From the NCBI GenBank assembly GCA_965198225.1, contig CBDAOY010000008.1:1184001-1248000 (forward strand): a stretch of DNA of 64,000 bases, written 5' to 3'. The DNA is from Terriglobia bacterium (GTDB taxonomy: Bacteria > Acidobacteriota > Terriglobia > 20CM-2-55-15). This document shows, in pieces, positions 19,574 through 32,398 of the stretch. Numbering within the stretch: position 1 is the stretch's first letter; each line of letters opens with the position of its first letter. Below the pieces are notes generated by a model that worked only from the letters and a program-made list of their open reading frames with translations, was not told the DNA's origin and ran no database searches. A program made the position numbers and the translations under genes.

Positions 19574-20830
19574 TCACACTTTCACCTCGGCGTACCAGCC
19601 ATGACGTTCGATGCGAGTTCCGTAAGGGGATGAAAGCGTCTCCAACTCCGTCATGATGCGGTCCCGTTCGTCGGAGTCGGCGAAGGAGGGGTTCCCGTCT
19701 TTCTGAACATCGACTGTAACTGGCAGCAAATCGAGGCGACGAACACCGCCCTCTCCGACCAGTACCCTGGCAACAGCCGTCATGCGGTGCTCGGGGGTGT
19801 TGAAGCCGGTCTCGACCAGGTCGACCATGGCCGGCGATTGTCGGAACTGGGGCAGCGATTCCCCGTCCTGGAGCGTCTGGAAGTAGAAATGACCGAGGCT
19901 GTAGAGGATGGGCTTTCCCCTGTGCAGCTCCACGGCATTCAAGACGTGAGGACCGTGGCCGATGACCAGATCGGCCCCGGCATCGATCGCGGTCCGACAG
20001 ATGATCTTCCTTCCCTTGGCGACTTCCCGCCGATCGCCTCCGCCCCAATGCATGTGGAACGAGACCATGAGGAAATCGACCTGCTCCCGGGCGCGCTCCA
20101 CCGCGTCGCCGAGCGTGGCAAGATCGGATGCCCGGGGCAACAGCAAAGAACCGCCGCGGGCCCCGGGGATCGTGACCTCATGCCCCGAAATGATGGCAAC
20201 GCCGGGTTTGGAGTCCGTGGCGCGGGCTCGTTCGATGTAGCCTGTGCCGTCCACCGTCGCTGCCGCGCACCAGAAAGCCAGCGTACCCACGCGGCGTCCC
20301 TTTGCCGTCGCGATCCCGGGGGTCAGAGCACCATCCAGGTCTGTGCCACCGCCGGCAACGACGAACCCCCGCCGGCTCATCTCCTCAAGTCCCTGTAACG
20401 CAGCTTCCACTCCGAGATCCATGTAGTGGTTGTTCGCCAGGGCAAGGATATCGAAACCGGAAGCCTTGAAGTCGTCCAGTATCGACGGCCAGCCCATCAC
20501 GGACGGCTTGGGCTCAATGTAGCCGACGGAGGCGATCGCCTGCTCGCAGTTGCCGAACGCCAGGTCGGCCTCCCGCACGACCCGGTACATCTGTTGCACT
20601 CGAGGCTCCGGGCGAGCGTTGGCGGCAGAACTGATAATCATGTCTCCGATGGCCGTGAGCAGAATCTCGCCGGAGGCGGGGGCCTCGAGCTGGGCGACAC
20701 GTTCGGACCACAGCGCGCCGCTCTCCTGAGGTGAGACTCCTGCGAACGGGTCCGACCCTCGAGGTGAAGCGAGCGAAAACGCCGCCGCGCCACCCATCCA
20801 TTTCAACGCTTCCCGCCGACGCATACACAC
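19574..20830 (-). CDS. CapA (PGA_cap) family metallophosphatase-like protein, Tat-exported
   Basis: RRREALK Tat signal; GDM, FGNCE, LANNHYMDLG, SFHMHWG, IGHGPHVL and YSLGHF motifs. Confidence 0.88.
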   Translation of the reverse strand: MCMRRREALKWMGGAAAFSLASPRGSDPFAGVSPQESGALWSERVAQLEAPASGEILLTAIGDMIISSAANARPEPRVQQMYRVVREADLAFGNCEQAIASVGYIEPKPSVMGWPSILDDFKASGFDILALANNHYMDLGVEAALQGLEEMSRRGFVVAGGGTDLDGALTPGIATAKGRRVGTLAFWCAAATVDGTGYIERARATDSKPGVAIISGHEVTIPGARGGSLLLPRASDLATLGDAVERAREQVDFLMVSFHMHWGGGDRREVAKGRKIICRTAIDAGADLVIGHGPHVLNAVELHRGKPILYSLGHFYFQTLQDGESLPQFRQSPAMVDLVETGFNTPEHRMTAVARVLVGEGGVRRLDLLPVTVDVQKDGNPSFADSDERDRIMTELETLSSPYGTRIERHGWYAEVKV

Positions 20831-21231
20831 CTCCAGAGAATTCCGGGCGACAGCCGCGCTTCGAAGGCTGAACGCCGCTTGTCGCAGGTGGTTTCGATAA
20901 GGAGCCAGCTTATTCGAGCATGTTCCAATCCGTCAATTCCTGTCGCACTCGGGTAGTAAGTTCAATTGAAACTTGAGCACCACCCGACACCCTCGGATCG
21001 GGCCTTTGGAACGTGCATTGCCGGAAAGATGTCGAATGCAGCGACCGAGGATGCCGGAAGACCTCCGACCTCCGGAACAACCCGGGTTAAATGCGTTGCT
21101 TAGATAATCTTCCGTCCTGGAACAGAAAGCAGCGCGACGGCCGGGCGTGTCCGGACGTTGACGTGGCATGTCTCATTATTGACCGCCCAACACCGGAGTA
21201 GTCAGGGAATGCAGCCATCCTGGAGGACATC

Positions 21232-22116
21232 GTGAGTGAAACAACAGTCATCGTCGACTTGGAACACCAGGGGACGAAGGGCAAGGTCGAGCTGAACTTC
21301 CTCCAGTGGAAGGACACCGCGATAGAAATCGCGTACAGGGACCGGCTCTACGACAACGCAGGCACCATCCGGTTCGACGGCAGGACGACCGGCGCCAAGA
21401 TCACCAGTGAGAAGGCCTACACCGGACCTCTGCAGGATCAGTCCGAATACAACCAGTTTTTCGGTTCGATCCTGGGCATGTTCTCCGCCTCCTACACATT
21501 CGGCTGGTCTCCGCCGCCGGACCAGGTGATCGACTACGACGAGAAATATCACGAACAGAAGGGGTATCTCGCGGGCGATCCAGAGGAGGTTGCCATCAAG
21601 GAGGTCCAGGCCCGGCTCATCCAGGAAATCGCCAACCCGAGGAAGAGTCTCGTTGCCGGATGCTCGAACGGCGAGATCGTGCGCCAGTGCCGTCGAATTG
21701 GCCTCGACGTCTACGGCTTCGACGTGATTCCCAACCTGAAGGACATCGCCTTCCCCGAGACACGGGAGTATCTCCGCGTCGGCTCACTGACCGACATCCC
21801 TTTTGCCGACGACGACGGATTCGACACGCTGATCGCCGTCGACGTCCTCGAACACATCCCTGAGCGGGATTTGCCGCAGATGGTCCAGGAATGGCTCCGG
21901 CTCGACGTTCGTAGACTCATTCTCCTGATCAACTTGAATGAGTTCTGGTTCCCGGGACACATCACTCTTCGCCCACTGGACTGGTGGGCCGACCAGTGGA
22001 AGGAGCAATACCGGCTGGTCCGCACCGTCGGCCGACTCGAGAACCTTCCCCTCGTCTACAGCAACAGCGGGCTCTACAACCAGCAGTGGACCTGGGAAAG
22101 AATGACAGGTGACTAG
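21232..22116 (+). CDS. Class I SAM-dependent methyltransferase with an unknown N-terminal domain
   Basis: YDEKY, LVAGCSNG, YGFD, GSLTDIPF..FDTLIAVDVLEHIP, GHITLRPLDWW; GGAGG RBS before the GTG start. Confidence 0.78.
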   Translation: MSETTVIVDLEHQGTKGKVELNFLQWKDTAIEIAYRDRLYDNAGTIRFDGRTTGAKITSEKAYTGPLQDQSEYNQFFGSILGMFSASYTFGWSPPPDQVIDYDEKYHEQKGYLAGDPEEVAIKEVQARLIQEIANPRKSLVAGCSNGEIVRQCRRIGLDVYGFDVIPNLKDIAFPETREYLRVGSLTDIPFADDDGFDTLIAVDVLEHIPERDLPQMVQEWLRLDVRRLILLINLNEFWFPGHITLRPLDWWADQWKEQYRLVRTVGRLENLPLVYSNSGLYNQQWTWERMTGD

Positions 22117-22366
22117 TCGGAGCGAAATTGTGGTGACTTCAACGACAACCGACCAGCCAGGTTTTCTATTTGCGATCTCCACCTAGCCGTCGTTCGTCGG
22201 AACTCGAAATCGGACATTGAGCTCGGAACCACGCCCGATCTAAAATCTCAGATCTCCAGTCTCGAATCTCCACTTCTTCCCCCTCCCCCTCCTTGCCTTA
22301 ACCCTCCAAAACAACTACAGTTCAGACCCAGCCGATTCGGTACGAATTTCGTTACGGAGGAAGAAG

Positions 22367-24960
<2,594 letters not shown>

Positions 24961-24980
24961 ACTGAAAGCACAGAGCGAAA

Positions 24981-25007
24981 GGGCCTGCAATCAGGCCCCT
25001 TTCTTTT
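24981..25007 (+). terminator. Rho-independent terminator
   Basis: GGGCCTG-caat-CAGGCCC stem followed by CTTTCTTTT, 20 nt after the protease stop. Confidence 0.7.
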
Positions 25008-25048
25008 GTGTTGCCGAAGAGCCAGATCCACTACCCTTCTTCAGACCG

Positions 25049-25735
25049 ATGTCGAGAGAGACACTCCAGTTCACGCTCACGGAAACAGACAGCTCGAGAT
25101 CGATGGATTTTGCCGTCCAGGAACTGCTTCTGGCTGGCTATTCGGGACGCAGCCAGGAAGACATCCGTGAGCACTTCAAGGAGCTGGAGGACCTGGGTCT
25201 GACTCCGCCCGAGGAGACTCCGATCCTCTTCAAGGTGTCTCCCTACCTGGCGACAACAGGCAACCGTGTCGCGGTCCAGAACTCCGAGACCTCGGGAGAG
25301 GTCGAGTTCGTCCTGCTCCTCGAAAGCGATGCGACTTACGTCACGTGCGGCAGCGATCATACTGGCCGATCCTTCGAGCAGTACTCCATACCGGCCTCGA
25401 AGCAGATGTACCCGAAGTTTCTCGCCGATCGCATCTGGGTCTATGAAGACGTCCGGGATCACTGGGATCGCCTGATCCTGCGGTCCTGGGCCTACACCGA
25501 TGGGGAACGCGTCGCTTACCAGGACAGCTCTCTCTCCGCCATTCTCGAGCCCGAGACGCTGATCGAAACCGCCGCACGCCGAATGGGAATGGGGCGCGAA
25601 GGAACCGTCCTGATGTCGGGAACGATCCCCACCCTCACGGGAGGGATGGTCTACGCCGATCGCATGGAATTTGAACTGGAAGACCCCGTCCTGGACCGCA
25701 AAATCACCCACGCCTACGATATCGAGATTCTCTGA
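25049..25735 (+). CDS. DUF2848 family protein (FAH-like fold)
   Basis: LAGYSGR...HFKEL..LG, TSGEVEFVL, GSDHT.R..E.....SKQ..PK, HWD.L.LRSW, YQ, GT.P pattern. Confidence 0.8.
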   Translation: MSRETLQFTLTETDSSRSMDFAVQELLLAGYSGRSQEDIREHFKELEDLGLTPPEETPILFKVSPYLATTGNRVAVQNSETSGEVEFVLLLESDATYVTCGSDHTGRSFEQYSIPASKQMYPKFLADRIWVYEDVRDHWDRLILRSWAYTDGERVAYQDSSLSAILEPETLIETAARRMGMGREGTVLMSGTIPTLTGGMVYADRMEFELEDPVLDRKITHAYDIEIL

Positions 25736-25765
25736 CTCTGACGCACGGCCGCGCGTTCAGGGATC

Positions 25766-25845
25766 AACCACGGAGGCACGGAGACGAGGAGGAAAGCCTC
25801 TTTCAGATCACTGTAAGACCTCCGAGCCTCTGTGCCTCCGTGGTT
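25766..25845. repeat. Palindromic element with 9-bp periodic arms
   Basis: AACCACGGAGGCACGGAG (25766-25783) and CTCTGTGCCTCCGTGGTT (25828-25845), 17/18 complementary, between convergent genes. Confidence 0.75.
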
Positions 25846-25881
25846 AATTCTTCTGTGTTCTTTCCGCGCTCTTGGCGGACG

Positions 25882-25905
25882 TAGTGACCTGTAACAGGCC
25901 ACTAG
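25882..25905. mobile_element. 24-bp collapsed remnant of MITE family B (both ends fused)
   Basis: TAGTGACCTGTAACAGGCCACTAG equals the left end TAGTGACCTGTAACA plus the right end ACAGGCCACTAG of the element at 59788-60062. Confidence 0.6.
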
Positions 25906-27059
25906 ATGACGTGGTGTTCGGTGATCAGCTTGCCTTTCGCGAAACGGTCTATGGAAAGGGGGGATATGTCGATTGAGGTGGCTTCACCATCGATGATGAC
26001 CTCCGCGATGAGCTGCCCGGTGGCGGGAGAGTGCATGAAGCCGTGGCCGCTGAAGCCGTTGGCCAGGATGAACCCGTCTAGGCCGGCTACCCGTCCCAGG
26101 ATCGGATTGTGGTCCGGGGTGGTCTCGTAGGCACCGGCCCAGGACTTCAGGATCGCCGTGTTCTCGACGGCCGGATAGCGGCGGATCGCCGTCTCCATCA
26201 CGGTTTCGAAGAAGTCCCAGTCCACGCCCACGTCGAAGGTCGGGGGCGCGGTGCGGTTGCCCATCGCCATCAGGATCCCGTCGCCTTCGCGATGAAAACA
26301 CCATCCCGAACTGAACTCGATCACGAGCGTATGCCGGGAAGGTGCCCCTTCGAACGGCTTGGTTACGAACACGAAGTGTCGGATCGGTTCCACCGGAACG
26401 TCCACGTCGACCATCCGACCGATCAGTGCCGCGTGGGGGCCGGCGGCATTCACGACTACGGGCGCCGAGACGTAGTTGTTCCTCGTGCGCACGCCGGACA
26501 CCCGTCCGGCATCCACATCTACGCCGACCACTTCCTGGTCGGTACGGATTGAAACGCCCAATCGTGATGCTCCCTTGCGAAAGCCTTCGGTGACACCGGC
26601 AGGGTCCGAGACTCCATCGATCGGACAGTAGATCGCCGCAGCAACATCGTCCAGTTTCAGGTCGACATCCGGGAAAACACGATCCACCTCTTCCGGCTCG
26701 AGGAACTCGACCGGGATGTTCAAGTCCCGCTGGAAGGCGATGTTTTGCCGGAATGGTTCGATGTAGGAGGGGCCGTCCAACAGAAAAAGATAGCCGTCCT
26801 GATGAAAGGCGATCTCCTGGTCCATCTCGGCCGGAAACTCCTGAAGCTTCCGGACGCTCAGCAGCGACATCTGGACGTTCACGTCGGTGGAGAACTGATG
26901 ACGAAACCCCCCGGAACACCGTGCGGTCGATCCGAGCCCGACCATGTCTTCCTTCTCCAGCACGACGACGTCGGAGAGTCCGCGTCGGGCAAGGTGGTAG
27001 GCAATGCTCAGCCCGACGATTCCACCCCCGATGATCACGACTTCGGCTGTCTGCTTCAT
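25902..27059 (-). CDS. FAD-dependent oxidoreductase (DAO / sarcosine oxidase beta-like)
   Basis: IIGGGIVGLSIAYHL, GSTARCSGG, VVNAAG, WAGAYETTPDHNPILG, GFSGHGFMHSPATG. Confidence 0.9.
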   Translation of the reverse strand: MKQTAEVVIIGGGIVGLSIAYHLARRGLSDVVVLEKEDMVGLGSTARCSGGFRHQFSTDVNVQMSLLSVRKLQEFPAEMDQEIAFHQDGYLFLLDGPSYIEPFRQNIAFQRDLNIPVEFLEPEEVDRVFPDVDLKLDDVAAAIYCPIDGVSDPAGVTEGFRKGASRLGVSIRTDQEVVGVDVDAGRVSGVRTRNNYVSAPVVVNAAGPHAALIGRMVDVDVPVEPIRHFVFVTKPFEGAPSRHTLVIEFSSGWCFHREGDGILMAMGNRTAPPTFDVGVDWDFFETVMETAIRRYPAVENTAILKSWAGAYETTPDHNPILGRVAGLDGFILANGFSGHGFMHSPATGQLIAEVIIDGEATSIDISPLSIDRFAKGKLITEHHVI

Positions 27060-27061
27060 CT

Positions 27062-28723
27062 TCACTTCGGACGGTAGAGATCCAGCGATGGTGTCCCGGT
27101 AAACGGCTTGGGAGTCGTCCCCAATTGTCCGGCGTCGATGACGATCATCCAGGCCTGAGGTGATTCTATCGCCTTCCTGAGCGCGCTACGGAACTGATTA
27201 CCGTCTCCGACCCGAACCGCTTCGACGCCGAAGGCCCGTGCCAGGCCCACGAAGTCGGGACTCTTCAGATCGACTCCGATTCGCCGCTCATCGAACACCT
27301 TGTTCTGCAGGTTCCTCAAGACGCCGTAGCCGCCGTCGTCGAACACGACGATCGTGAAAGACAATCCCTCCTCCAGGATCACGGCCAACTCGCCCGGATT
27401 GACGAGGAAGCCGCCGTCGCCCGACAGCACAAGCACGGCTGCCTCCGGTCGGGCGATTGAGGCTCCGATCGCCATCGGCAATGCCTGGCCGATGCCTATC
27501 GTGGCCGAGTGCAGGGTCTGTCGCGGTTCGGTGACCTCGATCATCCGGCTCGCCCACGTCGTCGTCGGTATCGTCACGTCCCGGACGACGATGCCTCCTG
27601 CCGGAAGCGTCTCGCGAATCGCGTCGAGGATCGCCTGATACGGGCCCATGCTCTCCCGCATCCGCGCCCTCGAAGCCTCGCGCGCGCGGAGAACGTCACG
27701 CCGGTAGTCCGGCTTCGACGCGGCTCCCCTCTCCTCGAGACCGGCGACAAGTGCCGAAAGGATCGGACGCGAGTCCCCGATCAACGCCATCGAGTGTGGA
27801 TAGTTGCGGTTAACAGCGTTCGGATCGATGTCGATCCCGATATGGTTGGCCGGGACACCGACATCCCAGTAACCGGTCTCGTTTCCCCGGAACCGGGTGC
27901 CGACACTGATGAGGAGATCCGCCGACCCCAGCAGCTTCCGCACGTCCGGATCGTTCGCGAAGAAACCCAGGCATCGCGGGTCGGTCTCCGGCAGGGTCCC
28001 GCGCGCTCCGTGACTGGTGATGACGGCGGCATCGATCAGGTCGACGAGCTTGCGGAACTCGACTACTGCCCCGCCACGAAACACTCCGCTTCCGGCCCAC
28101 ATCACCGGACGCTCGGATTTGACGATCTCCGCGACCGCCCCGGAGACGTCCGGGGACTCGACGCTCGGCCGCGGCTCGCTGACGGCGATCTGGGATGAAG
28201 CGATCAGGCGAGACTGGAAATCGATCGGGATCTCGACGCTGACCGGACCGGTGGGGGCCTCGACGGCTTGTCCGATGGCCAGGCGCAGTGTAGAGGACGC
28301 CTGTTCGGGTCGTTGAACACGGTGCGCCTGCTTGCTGATGCTCTCGAGCATCGACAACTGATCCCGACACTCGTGGATGTAGCCGCGGCCGCTGTCGATG
28401 TATTCGCTCGGAACCTGTCCCGTGATGTGCAGCAACGGTGTGCCGGCCGTATCGGCTTCGATCAGGGCCCCCGCCGCGTTCCCCGCTCCGGTACCGGTGC
28501 TCGTGATCGCGACACCGAGCCTCGCTCCGGCCCGTGCGTACGCGTCGGCCATGTTCACCGCCCCGCTCTCGCCGCGTGGCTTCACGACCCGGAAACCGCC
28601 GTGGCGGGCCAGCGCGTCGTAGATCGGAATGTTGTGAATGCTGATGATGCCGAAAACGGTGTCGACGCCGGCCCTCGCAAGTTCGGCGACAACTGCATCC
28701 CCCACCGTTATCCTGTCTTCCAT
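27062..28723 (-). CDS. Thiamine-pyrophosphate-binding enzyme (acetolactate synthase-like superfamily)
   Basis: Start ATG 28723 (MEDRITVG) with GGAGG RBS; GVDTVFG, RGESGAVNMADAYAR; TPP motif GDGG...DGGYGVL. Confidence 0.88.
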   Translation of the reverse strand: MEDRITVGDAVVAELARAGVDTVFGIISIHNIPIYDALARHGGFRVVKPRGESGAVNMADAYARAGARLGVAITSTGTGAGNAAGALIEADTAGTPLLHITGQVPSEYIDSGRGYIHECRDQLSMLESISKQAHRVQRPEQASSTLRLAIGQAVEAPTGPVSVEIPIDFQSRLIASSQIAVSEPRPSVESPDVSGAVAEIVKSERPVMWAGSGVFRGGAVVEFRKLVDLIDAAVITSHGARGTLPETDPRCLGFFANDPDVRKLLGSADLLISVGTRFRGNETGYWDVGVPANHIGIDIDPNAVNRNYPHSMALIGDSRPILSALVAGLEERGAASKPDYRRDVLRAREASRARMRESMGPYQAILDAIRETLPAGGIVVRDVTIPTTTWASRMIEVTEPRQTLHSATIGIGQALPMAIGASIARPEAAVLVLSGDGGFLVNPGELAVILEEGLSFTIVVFDDGGYGVLRNLQNKVFDERRIGVDLKSPDFVGLARAFGVEAVRVGDGNQFRSALRKAIESPQAWMIVIDAGQLGTTPKPFTGTPSLDLYRPK

Positions 28724-28734
28724 TCGCCTCCTGA

Positions 28735-28898
28735 AATTCGGGGACGGAGACCGAATTCGCAAAGTCGAGGAGATCGGGGACGGAGACCGAATTATTCCGG
28801 CTATCAAACCACCCGTTTCGGGTCCCAGGAATTCGGTCTCCGTCCCCGATCTCAACCGATCTCTGTTTTCAGACGAATTCGGTCTCCGTCCCCGAATT
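28735..28898. repeat. Nested four-copy REP-like inverted repeat (TCGGGGACGGAGACCGAATT)
   Basis: Copies at 28735-28759 and 28771-28793 (forward) and 28830-28852 and 28874-28898 (reverse). The outer pair is a 25-bp and the inner pair a 23-bp perfect IR. Confidence 0.85.
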
Positions 28899-29013
28899 CC
28901 ACGCATTTTCTGCGGCGGCCTCGAGAGAACGATAACTATAAGGCAGAACCGACGGGAAACAACACCGGAGCCGCTTGCAATTCGCCGGCAGGGTTTCTAC
29001 CCTGATCGGCCCG

Positions 29014-30267
29014 ATGACATCCAGAGAGACCACACGCATTGATCCCGAACGGCTGGCGGCCAGACTCGCTGCTCTGGCCGGCGTGAGCACGACGCGCCTG
29101 GCCTTTACTCCCGAGGACCGGGAAGGCCGGGAGCGCGTCATCGATATGATGCGCGAAGCCAGACTTGACGTTCGCATCGACCCCGCGACCAACATCATCG
29201 GGCGCCGTCCGGGCCAGACCCCCGGACCGGCGATCGCCTGTGGCTCGCACATCGACACCGTCCCGGGTGGGGGCTCCTATGACGGCGCGCTGGGATCGCT
29301 GGCGGGTATCGAATGCCTGCAGACACTCGAGGAAGCCGGAATCGGGACCCGACATCCCTTCGAAGTCATCGTCTTTGCTAACGAGGAGGGACAATCCTTC
29401 ACGGGCCTGATGGGCAGTCGCGCCATGGCCGGCTCGCTCGACACGGATGAAATCCACACTCAGGATTCGAACGGCCGCACGCTTGCCGAGGCGCTCCGCG
29501 AGTTCGGTGGAGACCCCGAGCGGGTGGCCGAAAGTGTTCGGACATCCCGGGACGTTAGCGCGTACTTGGAACTGCACGTCGAGCAGGGAGGAGTACTCGA
29601 GAGCGCCGGAACGCCCATCGGTGTGGTCGAGGGAATCGTCGGTATCCAGTACTTGGAGGTGGTCCTGAGGGGACGAGCCAACCATGCCGGTACGACCCCC
29701 ATGGAGTTGAGGCGAGACGCCCTGGTGGCCGCGTCCCGCTTTGTTCTCTCTGTGGACGAAGCCATCCGCACCGGCGATTTCTGTCGCGTCGGAACGGTCG
29801 GAACGCTCGATGTCACACCGAACGCGCGCAACGTGGTGCCGGGCGAAGTCCGCCTGAGGGTCGACCTTCGGGACCTGGACACGGGAACGATCGATCGAGC
29901 CGTGGAGCATCTTCGGCACGGCGCGGACGACATATGCCGGCGCAGTCATGTCGACGTGCAACTGGAAGTGACGGAACGCATGGAACCGGCAGCCGCCGAC
30001 CCGGAGTTGATGCGTGCGGTAGCCCAGGCCTCGGAAGGCCTGGGCCTTCCGCACCGTACGATGCCCAGTGGGGCCGGTCACGACGCACAGATGATGGCCC
30101 GGATCGCACGGATGGGGATGATCTTCGTCCCGAGCGCGGCCGGCGTCAGTCACTCTGAGAGCGAGTTCACATCTCCTGAAGATTGCGCGAACGGAGCCAA
30201 CGTGTTGCTGCACACGATGCTGGAGCTGGACGGTGGGGATGAGCTTTACGTAGGCCGTAGGCCGTAG
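29014..30267 (+). CDS. Zn-dependent M20 amidohydrolase (N-carbamoyl-L-amino-acid hydrolase / allantoate amidohydrolase family)
   Basis: [44 protein letters not shown]...E motifs. Confidence 0.92.
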   Translation: MTSRETTRIDPERLAARLAALAGVSTTRLAFTPEDREGRERVIDMMREARLDVRIDPATNIIGRRPGQTPGPAIACGSHIDTVPGGGSYDGALGSLAGIECLQTLEEAGIGTRHPFEVIVFANEEGQSFTGLMGSRAMAGSLDTDEIHTQDSNGRTLAEALREFGGDPERVAESVRTSRDVSAYLELHVEQGGVLESAGTPIGVVEGIVGIQYLEVVLRGRANHAGTTPMELRRDALVAASRFVLSVDEAIRTGDFCRVGTVGTLDVTPNARNVVPGEVRLRVDLRDLDTGTIDRAVEHLRHGADDICRRSHVDVQLEVTERMEPAAADPELMRAVAQASEGLGLPHRTMPSGAGHDAQMMARIARMGMIFVPSAAGVSHSESEFTSPEDCANGANVLLHTMLELDGGDELYVGRRP

Positions 30268-30308
30268 GCCGTTATCGCTGTATTCTGGTCACTGGCCACT
30301 GACCACTG
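30249..30308 (+). repeat. (CGTAGGC)3 array supplying the stop codon, followed by CTGRCCA-like heptamers
   Basis: cgtaggccgtaggccgtaggccgttatc (30249-30276) and ctggtcactggccactgaccactg (about 30285-30308). Confidence 0.75.
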
Positions 30309-30319
30309 AAAGGAAAACC

Positions 30320-32389
30320 ATGTTTCAACTGGGAGTCGACGTTGGCGGGACGTTCACCGATATCATTCTCGCCGACACCGAGAAGCAGCAATTCGCCATT
30401 CATAAGGTACCGAGTACGTCGCCGGATCCCTCCGTTGGCGTGATCGATGGAATCCGCGATCTGTGCGCGCGCGAAGGCGTCGAACTGGGAGCACTCGAGC
30501 ATCTCTTCCATGGAACGACGGTGGCGACGAACGCGATCCTCGAACACAAGGGCGCCCGGACCGGTATGATCACGACTCGGGGCTACCGCGACATCATCCA
30601 CATCGGTCGGCATCAGCGGCCGCAGAACTATTCGTTGATGCAGGACATTCCCTGGCAGTCGAAGCCGCTCGTCAAAAGGCGTCATCGCAAGCTCGTAACC
30701 GAGCGCCTCGCCCCACCCCGTGGGGATGTCCTGACCGCACTCGACGAAGATGAAGTCAGGGAGGCGACCCGGACCTTGAAGGCGGAAGGGGTCGACTCGA
30801 TTGCCGTGTGCTTTCTCTTCTCATATCTGAACCCGGCTCATGAACTGCGCGTTCGGGAGATCATCGAAGAAGAGTTTCCGGATTCCTTCGTGACGACGTC
30901 GGCCGACGTTTCACCCCAGTTTCGTGAATTCGAGAGGTTCACAACCTGCTGCCTCAACGCATTCGTCGGCCCGCGGGTGCGCGACTTCACCCGAAACCTG
31001 TCCGACCGTCTGGGAGAAACGGGCGTCCGCGTCGAGCCCCACATCATGACTTCGAACGGCGGTGTCGCCACGGCCCGAACCATCGCGGACAAACCCGTCT
31101 ACACGCTGCTGTCGGGCCCGGCCGCCGGTGTCCTCGGGGGTGAGTGGACTGCACGCCAGAGCGATCGACACAAGCTGATCACTTTCGACGTCGGCGGGAC
31201 GAGCGCCGACATCGGCATCGTGACGGAGACAGGAATCGCCGAAGCTTCGGCACGCGACACGAGGATCGCCGGCTATCCCGTGATGATTCCCATGATCGAC
31301 ATCCATACGATCGGGGCGGGCGGCGGCAGCATCGCATACGCCGATGAAGGCGGCGCTTTCAGAGTCGGGCCTCGCAGCGCCGGTTCCGCACCAGGCCCCG
31401 CATGTTATGGAAAAGGCGGTGCGGAACCGACCGTGACCGACGCCAACCTCGTTCTTGGCCGCCTCGACGCGGATCACTTCCTCGGCGGCTCGATGAGGCT
31501 CGATACCGCGGCTGCGTTTTCGGTCATCGACGCGCTCGCCTCCCGACTGACGCTCGATCGCTACGATGCCGCCGAGGGCGTCAACACGATCATGGCCGCA
31601 AACATGGCCCACGCTATCCGCTCTCGGACGGTCCAGAAGGGTCACGACCCGCGAAAGTTCGCGCTCGTGGCGTTCGGAGGTGCGGGACCGATGATGGCGG
31701 TCGAGGTCGCCCGTCACTTGAAGATCCCCGAAGTGGTCATCCCCGTCTACCCCGGGATTACATCCGCACTGGGCCTGTTGACAACCGACCTCAAATACGA
31801 TTTTCTCCAGACGGAGTTCATGCTGGCCGACTCCCTGGACTCGGTGAAACTCTCGAGGGACCTCGACACCCTCGAAGAGCGCGCCCGAACCCGCCTGCGG
31901 GCCGATGGCATACCCGAAGATCGAGAGCGCCTCGACCGCAGTCTGGACCTCCGCTACCTTGGCCAGGGTTATGAGATGCAGATTCCGATCTCGCGCGAGG
32001 CACTGGTCGAAGGATCGATGGAACAGGTCTGGAATGACTTCCACGAGAGACATCGCCTGGAGTACGGCCACAGTTTCCCATCCAACCCCATCGAAATCGT
32101 CAACCTCCGCGTCACGGCCGCAGGTCTCATGCCCGAACTGGAGCAACCGGAGTTCAGGGACGGATCAGAAGCGGCCGAACCGGCCCGGATCAAGACCGGA
32201 GAAACCTACTTCCGGATCGACGGCGTCCTTCAGAAGGTCGAGTCCGAGTTCTACGAACGCTCACTGCTGGGGGTCGGAGCGACCATCGACGGACCGGCCG
32301 TGATCCTCCAGCACGACTCCACGACGGTACTACCGCCCGGCTCTGCGGCGCGGATCGAGAATTCGGGTAATATGATCATCGACACTTGA
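30320..32389 (+). CDS. hyuA: Hydantoinase A / 5-oxoprolinase subunit (ATP-dependent N-methylhydantoinase A-like)
   Basis: [57 protein letters not shown]. Confidence 0.92.
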   Translation: MFQLGVDVGGTFTDIILADTEKQQFAIHKVPSTSPDPSVGVIDGIRDLCAREGVELGALEHLFHGTTVATNAILEHKGARTGMITTRGYRDIIHIGRHQRPQNYSLMQDIPWQSKPLVKRRHRKLVTERLAPPRGDVLTALDEDEVREATRTLKAEGVDSIAVCFLFSYLNPAHELRVREIIEEEFPDSFVTTSADVSPQFREFERFTTCCLNAFVGPRVRDFTRNLSDRLGETGVRVEPHIMTSNGGVATARTIADKPVYTLLSGPAAGVLGGEWTARQSDRHKLITFDVGGTSADIGIVTETGIAEASARDTRIAGYPVMIPMIDIHTIGAGGGSIAYADEGGAFRVGPRSAGSAPGPACYGKGGAEPTVTDANLVLGRLDADHFLGGSMRLDTAAAFSVIDALASRLTLDRYDAAEGVNTIMAANMAHAIRSRTVQKGHDPRKFALVAFGGAGPMMAVEVARHLKIPEVVIPVYPGITSALGLLTTDLKYDFLQTEFMLADSLDSVKLSRDLDTLEERARTRLRADGIPEDRERLDRSLDLRYLGQGYEMQIPISREALVEGSMEQVWNDFHERHRLEYGHSFPSNPIEIVNLRVTAAGLMPELEQPEFRDGSEAAEPARIKTGETYFRIDGVLQKVESEFYERSLLGVGATIDGPAVILQHDSTTVLPPGSAARIENSGNMIIDT

Positions 32390-32398
32390 GGAGACAGC

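Noticed and set aside
28735-28898. CRISPR array
   Set aside because: The repeats switch orientation, the spacers are irregular (about 11, 36 and 21 bp) and there are no cas genes; better explained as a REP-like palindrome.
28724-28906. N-terminal extension of the TPP enzyme to 28906
   Set aside because: The extension translates the palindromic repeat; ATG 28723 has an RBS and starts at the family N-terminus.
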